Below, in pieces: positions 26,145-35,349 of a stretch of 64,000 bases of DNA (its first letter is position 1; every line of letters starts with the position of its first letter). Position numbers and translations under genes: made by a program. Source of the stretch: Deltaproteobacteria bacterium (GTDB lineage: Bacteria; Desulfobacterota; Desulfobacteria; Desulfobacterales; SG8-13); the NCBI GenBank assembly GCA_041299015.1, contig JBFYWB010000054.1, positions 2,526 to 66,525 on the forward strand. The letters are read 5' to 3'. A model generated the notes under the pieces. The model was given only the letters and a program-made list of their open reading frames with translations, did no database searches and had not been told where the DNA came from.

Positions 26145-28070
26145 ATGATACTCGAATTGACAACAAACATCACACCTGCTGAAAAGTCTGTGCTGCATGA
26201 TGCTCTCCGGGATAAGCGCTGCGATTTTCGGGAACTTCCGGACACCGATATCCAGCGCATCGGCATCATGAACCGAGGGATTTGCGAAGCTGATTTTTTC
26301 AACCGTCTGCCCGGTGTGACCCGGACGGTGCCGGTCAAAACGCCCTACAAACTCGTCAGCCGCCAAATGCATCCGCAGGATACGCTGGTAAGCGTCGGAA
26401 ACGTGCTCGTCGGTGGTGACCGTATCACGGTTATCGCCGGCCCATGCGCCATCGAAAGTCGCGAACAGGCGCTGACCATCGCCCGCTGGGTCAAGAAAGC
26501 CGGTGCGGTCCTGTTCAGAGGCGGGGCATTTAAACCGCGGACTTCTCCTTATTCTTTTCAGGGCCTCGAAGAGGAAGGACTCAAGATCCTGGCCGAAGTC
26601 CGTGAAACCTTGGACATGTGTGTCGTCACCGAAATGACCGCTCCTTCCCAGGCCGAGCTCATGCAAAAGTACGTCGACGTGGTCCAGATCGGCGCCCGCA
26701 ACATGCAGAACTTCGAACTACTCAAGGTGGTCGGCCGTATGGGCAAACCGGTTCTTCTGAAGCGCGGTCTGGCCGGCACGATCGAGGAATGGCTTATGTC
26801 GGCCGAATATATCCTGTCCGAAGGGAATGCTCAGATTATGCTGTGTGAGCGCGGTATTCGCACCTTTGAACCTTACACACGCAACACTCTTGACCTCACC
26901 GCCATTCCGGTCCTGAGAAATTTAACCCACCTGCCGATCATCATCGATCCGAGTCATGCCACCGGCATTCGCGAGAAAGTCAGCCCCATGGCCCGGGCCG
27001 CCATTGCCGCCGGTGCCGACGGGCTTATGATCGAGGTCCATCATGAACCCGAAAAGGCGCTTTCCGACGGTCCGCAGAGTCTTTACCCCCTCCAATTCGG
27101 TCAGCTGATGCGAGACCTTTACGTGATAGCGCCGGTAGTCGGCAAGCAGCTCGACTTCGGTTACCTGGACAAGGCCCGAGCCGTGGCCATGCGCAGCCGA
27201 CGCGCTAACGGCATCCGGCAGAGGGCGGCATTCATGGGGCGCGTCGGCACTTTCAGCCACAAGGCGTGCCGGCAGTATTTCGGCAGTGAAGTGGAGGCTC
27301 TGCCGGTGGCCTCTTTCAGGGCGGTGTTCGAGGCCGTGAAATACGATACCGCCGACTTCGGCGTGGTTCCTCTGGAGAACTCTCTCAGCGGCAGTATTCA
27401 CGAAAACTTCGATTTTCTAAATGACTACGATTTGAAAATCATCGGTGAGATTAAACTGCGCATCATGCATCACCTGATGGCGAATCAGGGTGTCGAGATC
27501 GGCGGCATCCGGCGCGTTTTGTCCCATCCCCAGGTTTTCGGCCAGTGCCGCCAGTTTCTCGAACAGCACGACTGGGAGCTTGTTTCGGTCAGCGACACCG
27601 CTGCGGCCGCCCAGCGGGTGGCCAACGGCAGAAACAACGCAGATGCCGCCATTGCCAGTCTGGTTGCCGCCGAAGAATACGGATTGAAAGTGATAGCGGA
27701 GAATATCGAAACCAACCCGCGCAATTACACCCGCTTCGTCGTCATCGGCAAGTCTCCCCTCTACAAAGGGCCAATCGACAAGACATCGCTCATCTGTTCC
27801 ACTCGCAACGAGCCCGGAGCCCTATACGAAACGCTAAAGATTTTTGCCGAAAACCGCATCAACCTGATCAAGCTCGAATCCCGTCCCCTTCAAGGGGAAC
27901 CTTGGCGGTATATGTTCTACATGGATATCGAGGCGGATCTCGGTGCCGATGCCCTGAAACCCGTGCGGAAGGCCCTGGAACAAAAGACTGACTACTTGAA
28001 AATTCTCGGCACCTACGGCGAAGTCCCCGAAACGTTGCCGGTTGAAGGTGCCGATTCCCACCGGGTTTAG
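26145..28070 (+). CDS. Fusion protein: regulatory ferredoxin-like domain, 3-deoxy-7-phosphoheptulonate (DAHP) synthase type I-beta, prephenate dehydratase, ACT domain
   Basis: DAHPS: ITVIAGPCAIESREQ, FRGGAFKPRTSPYSFQGL, DPSHATG. PDT: FMGRVGTFSHKAC, VVPLENSLSGSI, TRFVVIG. ACT: CSTRNEPGALYETLKIF ... LIKLESRP. The ATG at 26145 is in frame with the track ORF. Confidence 0.9.
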   Translation: MILELTTNITPAEKSVLHDALRDKRCDFRELPDTDIQRIGIMNRGICEADFFNRLPGVTRTVPVKTPYKLVSRQMHPQDTLVSVGNVLVGGDRITVIAGPCAIESREQALTIARWVKKAGAVLFRGGAFKPRTSPYSFQGLEEEGLKILAEVRETLDMCVVTEMTAPSQAELMQKYVDVVQIGARNMQNFELLKVVGRMGKPVLLKRGLAGTIEEWLMSAEYILSEGNAQIMLCERGIRTFEPYTRNTLDLTAIPVLRNLTHLPIIIDPSHATGIREKVSPMARAAIAAGADGLMIEVHHEPEKALSDGPQSLYPLQFGQLMRDLYVIAPVVGKQLDFGYLDKARAVAMRSRRANGIRQRAAFMGRVGTFSHKACRQYFGSEVEALPVASFRAVFEAVKYDTADFGVVPLENSLSGSIHENFDFLNDYDLKIIGEIKLRIMHHLMANQGVEIGGIRRVLSHPQVFGQCRQFLEQHDWELVSVSDTAAAAQRVANGRNNADAAIASLVAAEEYGLKVIAENIETNPRNYTRFVVIGKSPLYKGPIDKTSLICSTRNEPGALYETLKIFAENRINLIKLESRPLQGEPWRYMFYMDIEADLGADALKPVRKALEQKTDYLKILGTYGEVPETLPVEGADSHRV

Positions 28071-28110
28071 CCGTTTAAAAACGGTGTGGTGGAGCAGCGC
28101 TATTATTTTT

Positions 28111-28139
28111 TTGACGGCGTGTACGCCAATCGGTATAGT
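28111..28139 (+). promoter_or_regulatory. Sigma-70 promoter (TTGACG-17-TATAGT)
   Basis: TTGACGgcgtgtacgccaatcggTATAGT, 80 nt upstream of the ATG at 28219. Confidence 0.55.
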
Positions 28140-28218
28140 TAAGCCGTTGCCTCTATGCCCATTGTTTCGGCCCCAGCTGATGCGGGTTGGTCGCATCTTA
28201 GGCCGTTGGACGACTTCC

Positions 28219-29943
28219 ATGAATATCGTCCTTCTTTATCCGCCGCCCTGGAAGATCTCGGCACCCGGGGATCCCCCCTATCCGACCGGCGAAGGAGCAC
28301 CGGTGGATTTTATCGGCAATGCATTTCTTACGGGTGACTTCAATCAGACCCCTTACGGGTTGCTTTCGCTGGCCGCGCAACTGCTCAGGGCCGGTCTACG
28401 CGTGTCCGTCTTCAATCTGTCCAATTATCCCTGGCCGGCGGTTGAAAGACTCATATACCGACTGGATGCGGACCTGTTCGGTCTTTCATGCTTAACGGCC
28501 AATCGACGCGGAATGGCGATGCTGGTGCGGTTTATCCGCAGGGTCCATCCCGCGGCCCGGATTGTTGTCGGTGGCCCGCATGTATCGGCACTGCCTCTTG
28601 AAACCCTCGACCATTTTCCGGAGATCGACGTGGTTGTCATCGGTGAAGGTGAACGCACGTTCATGGAGATCGTCGATCGGATGCTCCGGTTCGCGGCCAT
28701 TGAAGATCTTCCGGGAACGGCCTGGCGCAAAGGGAAAAGAGGTCACATCGGAGCCGCCCGAGAGCATATAAAAGATCTGGACACACTGGCCTCTCCAACC
28801 GACTATTTCAACTTGGGAACTCTTCTGACTTCTCGCGGCTGCCCGATGCGCTGTACTTTTTGCAGTAGCCGCATGATGTGGGGTCGGCGCCCGCGCTTTC
28901 ATTCGGTGGATTTCGTGCTCGATATGCTCGAAACGGCCTTGCGTCGTCATGGACGAAAAATCATAGCGATCAAAGACGATACTTTTACAGCCGACAAAGA
29001 CAGGGCGCTTGAAATCTGCCGGCAGATTCGGCGACGTGGCCTTGTTTTCATATGGAGTTGTGAAACCCGGGCAGACTGCCTGGATGAAAAATTGCTCGGG
29101 GCGATGCGGATGGCCGGTTGCAAACGGATTAGCCTAGGTGTCGAGTCGGCATCGGCGGAGATCTTGAAAAACATCCGCAAGCAGGTCCAGCCCGGCCTGG
29201 TCCAGGACGTTACCCAACTGATCAAGCGGCACGGCATTCAAATTCGGTATTATATGATGGTGGGAAATCGGGGAGAGACCTATGAAACCTTTTTACGCAG
29301 CATTGAATTTATAAAAAGGTGTAAGCCGAATCAGTTCGTTTTTTCCCAACTTCACCTTTATCCCGGGACCGAAGAGTTCGAACTTTTTCGGGCAAACGGA
29401 GTCGTCACGCCTGAGATTTTTTTCCAACGCGATTTCTTATGCTTGACCGTCTTTGCCGGCAAAGCCGCTGATGAAAGGAAAATCAGAGCCTGCCTGATGC
29501 GTATGCAAGGTGTTCAGGACTGCTGGCGCTACCGGGTCGAAGACTACGCTGAGATTTGCGCGCGGTTGCCGGAACATGCCACGCTTTACATGGATCTCTG
29601 CTGTGCCTGCCTGCGCGAAGACAATCCGGAAGCGGCCCGGAAACACCTGATCCGGGCCACGGCCTTAGGATATGCCCTGCCCGGACGGATCTTCAACGCC
29701 TGGGCCTGCATCGCCGCGGCCGGTCAGGACATCGATACGGCAGCGACTTTCCTCGAAACGGCCCTTAACTGCTATCCCCACAGCGAGGTAATCGAAAACA
29801 AGCAACGTCTTGAGGACTGGCAAAGCCGCGGCGGGCCGCTGAGCGGCAAACCGCTGGTGCTGAGCTGCGAGGATCATTTCGAATCCAACCGCATCTGCTG
29901 CGCACCCGAACATCCCGATCCTTTGCCGCTGCCGGTAACCTGA
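28219..29943 (+). CDS. B12-binding-domain radical SAM protein with a helical-repeat (TPR-like) C-terminal tail
   Basis: MNIVLLYPPPW ... LFGLSCLTANR ... IVVGGPH is the cobalamin-binding-like N-domain. TSRGCPMRCTFCSS is the CxxxCxxC motif. The C-terminal ~150 aa are helical repeats. Confidence 0.85.
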   Translation: MNIVLLYPPPWKISAPGDPPYPTGEGAPVDFIGNAFLTGDFNQTPYGLLSLAAQLLRAGLRVSVFNLSNYPWPAVERLIYRLDADLFGLSCLTANRRGMAMLVRFIRRVHPAARIVVGGPHVSALPLETLDHFPEIDVVVIGEGERTFMEIVDRMLRFAAIEDLPGTAWRKGKRGHIGAAREHIKDLDTLASPTDYFNLGTLLTSRGCPMRCTFCSSRMMWGRRPRFHSVDFVLDMLETALRRHGRKIIAIKDDTFTADKDRALEICRQIRRRGLVFIWSCETRADCLDEKLLGAMRMAGCKRISLGVESASAEILKNIRKQVQPGLVQDVTQLIKRHGIQIRYYMMVGNRGETYETFLRSIEFIKRCKPNQFVFSQLHLYPGTEEFELFRANGVVTPEIFFQRDFLCLTVFAGKAADERKIRACLMRMQGVQDCWRYRVEDYAEICARLPEHATLYMDLCCACLREDNPEAARKHLIRATALGYALPGRIFNAWACIAAAGQDIDTAATFLETALNCYPHSEVIENKQRLEDWQSRGGPLSGKPLVLSCEDHFESNRICCAPEHPDPLPLPVT

Positions 29944-29975
29944 ACGGTACAAGCTATTGGCTAAACGGCACCTGT

Positions 29976-30539
29976 TCAGTTTATGATAACGAAGTGGGCG
30001 CGTCGGTTCCTTGCCCATGCTTCTTCGGTGTTTGACCGGTCGAGGGGGCGCTCTTCACCGTAGCTGACCGTTCTGACCCTCGAGGCGGAAACGCCGAGGG
30101 CGACCAGGAAATCCTGGGTCATTTTCGCGCGTTGCTCGCCAAGGGCCAGGTTGTATTCGTTTGTACCGCGTTCGTCGCAGTGGCCTTCGATAATCACGTT
30201 AACCACGGGGTATTCCTTCATGTAGCGGGCTTTTTCGCGCACAATTTCCTGGGCCTGGGGTGTGAGCAGGGCGCTGTCGTAATCGAAATAAATGTCTTGA
30301 TTTTCGAATGCCTTGCGTGCTTCGGCGGCTTGTTCGGTCGACAGGGGCGATTCGGCACCTGCCGACCCAAGGCTCTCTTCGGAAATGATGCCCGGCTGCC
30401 CAGTGCCTCCAGCCCCCATTCGCTGGGCTTCGGATTCATAGGATGTCGATGGACCCGAACTGACAATCGGCTTGGAACACGCGCAGAGGAACATCAGCAC
30501 AATACCTGCAAGAATCAAAACAACAGTCATTTTTCGCAT
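29976..30539 (-). CDS. pal: Peptidoglycan-associated lipoprotein (Pal/OmpA family)
   Basis: MRKMTVVLILAGIVLMFLCAC is the lipobox. The OmpA_C part has IYFDYDSALLTP, IEGHCDERGTNEYNLALGEQRA and VSYGEERP. GGAGG lies upstream. Confidence 0.85.
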   Translation of the reverse strand: MRKMTVVLILAGIVLMFLCACSKPIVSSGPSTSYESEAQRMGAGGTGQPGIISEESLGSAGAESPLSTEQAAEARKAFENQDIYFDYDSALLTPQAQEIVREKARYMKEYPVVNVIIEGHCDERGTNEYNLALGEQRAKMTQDFLVALGVSASRVRTVSYGEERPLDRSNTEEAWARNRRAHFVIIN

Positions 30540-30810
30540 GGGCGATACCTCCATCTTTATCCGTTGAAGACAGTGAAGACCGGTGCACGGGATCAACGCC
30601 CCGTCTGGCTCAGGATTTTATAGCATAAGCAGCGTTGGTTTTCAAAAACTCCTTCAAAGAGGCATGGTACGGACAATGCAATATAAGACAGCCATTTGGG
30701 TTAGGCGCTAAAAAAGAATCTTTGCCGGCGGGAGAGGCTCTGGTTTTTTGAACCGATTGGCGTTCCACTCCATGTTATATTGCCGCCGGACCGCGGCAAC
30801 GGCTTGAAAA

Positions 30811-32202
30811 ATGTTGCCGAGAATGTTAAATAATTCAGTCAGCGTCGTCAACCAAAGAGCGAAATCGAATATGAGGGTGAACGTGTCCCAAGGATCCGGG
30901 TGGAGGACCTATCAGGAGAGGTTGCAGCGAGAGGTCCGGATCAGACAGTTAAAAAGGAAAATTTTCCTGGTCGGCGGTGTCATCGGTGGCTTGCTGGCGG
31001 TTGTTTTTTCCGGAGCCTGGATGAGCAACCGAGCGAGCCGGTCTGTTGAGGCCCCGCCGCCGCTTCAAAAACATTCTGCGCAGCAAAAGAATACCGCAGC
31101 GGAGAGTTTTTCACGCCAAACGCTGGCAACACTTTTGGTTCCGGTTTCTGGTGACAGCGTCAAGCTGGCCGATGAAATTGCCCTCGAAAACAACGGCGTC
31201 CGGTATACGCTGAAAACCACCTTGAACCCGAAACTACAGGCCTACGTTGACAAGTTGCTCGAACGCTCAAAGACGCTGCAGGCGGCCGTGGTGGTGTTAA
31301 GCCCTCATGATGGACGGGTACTGGTCATGTCGGGTCATGATAAAAACGGCGCTGACACCAACCTTTGCCTGAAGGCCGAATATCCCGCCGCCAGCCTTTT
31401 TAAAATTGTTTCGGCCGCCGCCGCCTTGGAAGCGGCCGGCTATACGCCGGATAAAACGCTCTACTTTGACGGCAATCGCCATACCCTTTACAAGAATCAA
31501 CTCAAGCAGCAACGGGGACGCTACACCTCCGAAACCCAACTCCGAAAAGCGTTCGCGGTATCCAACAACTCAATTTTCGGCAAGCTCGGCATTTATGCTC
31601 TCGGGCCGCAGGTCATGAACGAATATGCAGAAAAGTTCTATTTCAATCGGTCGATACCGTTCGACCTGCCGGTGGAAATCAGTCAAACCGAAGTGCCCGA
31701 CGATGAATTCGGATTGGCCGAAATTGCGTCCGGATTCAACAAGCGAACACGTGTTTCCCCACTACATGCCGCCTTGCTGGCGAGCGTGATCGTCAACCAA
31801 GGTGAAATGGCGGCGCCGTGGATGGTCGCGACCGTCACCGATGCGTCGCACGCTTTAGTCTATCAAGCGCAGCGGCGCGCCCTCGCATCACCTGTCAGCA
31901 AGAAAACCGCCGCCGATTTGAAGCTGATGATGGAGGATACCGTCGTTTACGGAACCGGGCGGAAAACTTTTAGTAAATTACGCCAAAGGAAAATGTTCAA
32001 GGACTTCGCGCTTGGCATTAAAACAGGTACCATCAACGATATCACCGACCAATTCAAATATGACTGGGCCACGGCCTTTGCCTTGACGCCCAACGGAAAC
32101 GACGGCATATGCGTCGGCGTGCTCGCGGTTCATGGCGAGAAACTCGGTATCCGTGCAACGGAAATGGCCCGGGCTATCATCGATTATAATTTCAGGTTGT
32201 GA
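30811..32202 (+). CDS. Penicillin-binding protein, transpeptidase domain, with an N-terminal TM anchor
   Basis: SxxK (ASLFK), SxN (SNN) and KTG (IKTGT) motifs in the canonical order. The TM is IFLVGGVIGGLLAVVFSGAW. The start codon is uncertain. Confidence 0.8.
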   Translation: MLPRMLNNSVSVVNQRAKSNMRVNVSQGSGWRTYQERLQREVRIRQLKRKIFLVGGVIGGLLAVVFSGAWMSNRASRSVEAPPPLQKHSAQQKNTAAESFSRQTLATLLVPVSGDSVKLADEIALENNGVRYTLKTTLNPKLQAYVDKLLERSKTLQAAVVVLSPHDGRVLVMSGHDKNGADTNLCLKAEYPAASLFKIVSAAAALEAAGYTPDKTLYFDGNRHTLYKNQLKQQRGRYTSETQLRKAFAVSNNSIFGKLGIYALGPQVMNEYAEKFYFNRSIPFDLPVEISQTEVPDDEFGLAEIASGFNKRTRVSPLHAALLASVIVNQGEMAAPWMVATVTDASHALVYQAQRRALASPVSKKTAADLKLMMEDTVVYGTGRKTFSKLRQRKMFKDFALGIKTGTINDITDQFKYDWATAFALTPNGNDGICVGVLAVHGEKLGIRATEMARAIIDYNFRL

Positions 32203-32232
32203 ATTGTTCGGAGGCACAACTCGAGCAACCGA

Positions 32233-32553
32233 TCAGCTGCAGGCACAGTTCTCCTCGTCGTTTTCCATCCGCCAATCATTACAGGAGACGTAGTGATGGC
32301 ACTCCGGGCAATAGAAATAGTTCGGGAAACAGTTCTCCCCGCATCGACGGCACCTGCGGCCCTCGTCGGGCTTTTGCCTGGATTTTATTTGCTTCACTCC
32401 TTTTTGAATTAAACGGTATTTTCGTCTTTCCTGGGCCAGTTGTTTGCGGCGTCTCTCATCCTGGCAAGCCGGACGCTCACAGTAAGCGCGCGTTGCCTGT
32501 TTAGGGGGGACATGAAATTCTTTTCCGCACACACGGCAGGTTCTTTTAAGCAT
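32233..32553 (-). CDS. Cys-rich zinc-ribbon hypothetical protein (106 aa)
   Basis: CRVCG ... CERPAC and CRRCG ... CPECH pairs separated by a basic helix. Confidence 0.45.
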   Translation of the reverse strand: MLKRTCRVCGKEFHVPPKQATRAYCERPACQDERRRKQLAQERRKYRLIQKGVKQIKSRQKPDEGRRCRRCGENCFPNYFYCPECHHYVSCNDWRMENDEENCACS

Positions 32554-32989
32554 TTTGGATCACCATACTTGCCGAGAAGAGGTTACACCCCTGGTATACG
32601 GACAAATGTCCGGTTCCAAGGTCGTTGTCGGTGCGTTAGACGATGCACCTACTTAAATGTAACGGGGCAAATACGGCTTGCTTGAGGAAGGAAGTTCTGC
32701 GGAATCTACCCAAGTAAGCCCGGAAACCTGTATTGGTACTCGGATGACACCCTAATCACATATTGCAAAATTGCAATAGTTAAAGCTATGGTTTATTGAC
32801 ATTCCCGGTTTATCATCTTACTGTTGGGGGCTTTTTATAAATTTCAGGGCTGCACGACAGCAATGGCATCAGGGCTCGTATTTTGAATATGCAATGTCAT
32901 TCAATAGAAATTAGGCCCTGCAGACCCGGTTTTTACCATGTTGCTTTCCAAAACAAGTCGACTATTGTAATGAAGGAGCAAGAAGGGAT

Positions 32990-33370
32990 ATGAAAATCGC
33001 TTTTCCTACGCAAATCGATCAGGGGTTAGAGAGTCCGGTCTTCGGGCATTTCGGTTCGGCCGGATATTTTTTGGTTGTCGATGATGCCTCAGGGGCCGTT
33101 GAAACCATCGTCAATACGGACCGGGAACATCTTCACGGTCAGTGTCAGCCGCTGGCGGCACTGGGTGGAAAAAAAGTGGATGCCGTGGTGGTCGGCGGTA
33201 TCGGCGGCGGCGCTCTGCAGAAACTTCTGTCATCCGGTATAAGAGTCTATCGCGCGGTTGAGGGAACCTTGAACCAGAATCTGGAACTGATCCGGAACCA
33301 TCGCCTGCCGGAATTCTCGTTCGATATGACCTGCGCCGGTCACGGTGGACATGGCGGTTGTGCCCATTGA
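32990..33370 (+). CDS. NifB/NifX-family (dinitrogenase FeMo-cofactor-binding domain) protein
   Basis: MKIAFPT ... SPVFGHFGSAGYFLVVD ... VDAVVVGGIGGGALQKL ... GIRVY. AAGGAG lies upstream. Confidence 0.8.
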   Translation: MKIAFPTQIDQGLESPVFGHFGSAGYFLVVDDASGAVETIVNTDREHLHGQCQPLAALGGKKVDAVVVGGIGGGALQKLLSSGIRVYRAVEGTLNQNLELIRNHRLPEFSFDMTCAGHGGHGGCAH

Positions 33371-33490
33371 TGAGCAGCCGACCGCCGATTTTTTTTCGCA
33401 ATATGTGAAATGGGAATGGTCGAGTGCCGCCGCCGACCGTCAAACGGTTTCTCCCTGCGGTTGATCAAAAAATCTCTTTAGGAGGGTGTC

Positions 33491-33745
33491 ATGCCACTTT
33501 TTGACTATCTTTGCCTGGACTGCGGAAGGTTGGTTGAAATCTTGTCGTCCAATCAGGCGGAAACCCCGCAATGTAAAACCTGCGGGGGTGTTAACATGCG
33601 GAAAATGCTCTCGGCGCCCTCGTCACTCTCCGGCGCCCAAACGCACCGGCTCCCCGGCCACGGGGACACCCCATGTTGCGGTTCAACACCCTCTCAGGCC
33701 GGTTGTGCCGGCCCCGGAAGTTGTTGTGGGAAAGCCGGGCGCTGA
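33491..33745 (+). CDS. FmdB-family zinc-ribbon regulatory protein
   Basis: MPLFDYLCLDCG ... CKTCGG (CxxC_CxxC_SSSS type) with a Cys/Gly-rich tail. TAGGAGGG lies upstream. Confidence 0.75.
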   Translation: MPLFDYLCLDCGRLVEILSSNQAETPQCKTCGGVNMRKMLSAPSSLSGAQTHRLPGHGDTPCCGSTPSQAGCAGPGSCCGKAGR

Positions 33746-33849
33746 AAAATACCTCTTCAGTTAATCAGTGAATATCGACGCCCACCTCCGTGCGCCGGTT
33801 ACGCCGAAAAAAAGCGTCGATTCGGCTGTCAACCAGCCAAAAATAAAAA

Positions 33850-33881
33850 CCCCGCATCCATTTGGCATGTGGGGTTTTTTT
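33850..33881 (+). terminator. Intrinsic terminator
   Basis: CCCCGCAT-ccatttggc-ATGTGGGG-TTTTTTT. Confidence 0.75.
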
Positions 33882-34026
33882 AATGCGCTTGGTCGGCCGA
33901 AAGCTTATTCGGGTAGCCGCTAGCAGGTATTACCGGGGAGGTGATCCTCCCTTTATTATCGGTTGCGCTCTTTTTTTATCGCCGGCTCCATTTAGGCGGT
34001 TAAAGTACGATGCCCTATTGCGGTGC

Positions 34027-34248
34027 CTATTTGGCTGGTACATAAGGAATGGGAATGCCCCACCATTCTTGAGCAGTAGATCCTTGTGCGTCAAGTGCCG
34101 TCGGTTCCTTGTAGCCCCACATACTGAATTTTGCGTGATCCCAGTCGCGATACAAGGTACTGTGGTCAAAAAATTCAGACTCCTGAGCCATATGCCCACA
34201 ACCAGCTAAAAACACCACCAACATACCGACAATCAGCAATTTTTTCAT
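34027..34248 (-). CDS. Small lipoprotein (73 aa)
   Basis: MKKLLIVGMLVVFLAGC is the lipobox. GGAGGA lies upstream of this ATG. Confidence 0.55.
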   Translation of the reverse strand: MKKLLIVGMLVVFLAGCGHMAQESEFFDHSTLYRDWDHAKFSMWGYKEPTALDAQGSTAQEWWGIPIPYVPAK

Positions 34249-34601
34249 CTTTTTCCTCCTCGTTTTTGCAGTTTTCATCAATCGGGTTTCTTTGAGCACC
34301 TCAGCACCTTATCTAAATCATCACCACTTGAGACATATCGCTGTAATACAGGCAACTTTATGAACTTGTGCCTATTTGTCAAGAGCAATTATTTGAAATA
34401 TTTTAAGGTCCTATACGAGATATCGACATATCGGATACGTCGTCCTCCTTTTTTGCTATTCAATTCTACTACAGCGTCATACAAATCAAGCCGGGTCATT
34501 TTTTGGCAGATTACTGACGATTTTTGGCGTTCACTGGTCAACACAAGAGAGATGAGAATTTAACTATTTGAAAATATATAGCATATTTATTTAATAGACT
34601 T

Positions 34602-34617
34602 TGGCTTGTTTTTTGCT
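34602..34617 (+). promoter_or_regulatory. Sigma-54 (-24/-12) promoter candidate
   Basis: TGGCTT-GTTTT-TTGCT at the end of an AT-rich island, 46 nt before the ATG at 34663. Confidence 0.45.
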
Positions 34618-34662
34618 GAACCTTATCGGGTTTAATTGTCCTCACTTCTTTTCAGGTGTTTA

Positions 34663-35349
34663 ATGGAAGGACGCGCCTCCTCCAAGCGATTCAACAGAGT
34701 TAGATTTCGTTCTATCTTGCTTGTGGTAGCCCTCCTATTCTGGTTGGCCGGTTGCGCTTCCTCGACCGACCGACGACATCCCGAGTTCAACCACCGCATT
34801 CAAGCGATCAGGACGCTATGCCTGTTATCGTCGGACACCATCGTTTTCGAAGAACTTCCCGACGGCCGATTGCAGCAGCGCAACAATCGAAGCGAGGCGG
34901 CACGTTTTTTTGTGCAACAGGCGCTCGTGGCTGAATTGACCGCCCGCAACTTTCGTGTCTCCACCTATCCGGCTGATGCGGCCAACTGTGCGGGCGAACT
35001 TCAGGAGGTCCTCGATTTGTACCGGGCGGTCAACAGGTCTATCCAACTCCATACCTTCGGACCCGAGGTTTTCACTGCAAAAAAAGACCGTTTCGAATAT
35101 TCGGTCGGACCGCTCACGACACTGCTGCAGCAAAACGGTGCAGACGCAATCGTTTTCGTCCGTGTTCTCCACAGGTATTCTTCCGAGCGTTCACGCAGCT
35201 TCATCAGCCTCGGTCTGGCTGATGCATCCGGCACCATTTTGTGGTATGGCGCCAACGGTAACCGGGAAGCTAAGGGTATCGAGGACGTGGACGGGACCAC
35301 CCACCTTGTGAGAAAAGCCCTGATTAATTTTCCGGAGGGGCGCTTGTGA
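34663..35349 (+). CDS. Lipoprotein of unknown function
   Basis: The signal ends in LFWLAGC (lipobox). Its stop overlaps the M48 gene start (GTGA). Confidence 0.6.
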   Translation: MEGRASSKRFNRVRFRSILLVVALLFWLAGCASSTDRRHPEFNHRIQAIRTLCLLSSDTIVFEELPDGRLQQRNNRSEAARFFVQQALVAELTARNFRVSTYPADAANCAGELQEVLDLYRAVNRSIQLHTFGPEVFTAKKDRFEYSVGPLTTLLQQNGADAIVFVRVLHRYSSERSRSFISLGLADASGTILWYGANGNREAKGIEDVDGTTHLVRKALINFPEGRL

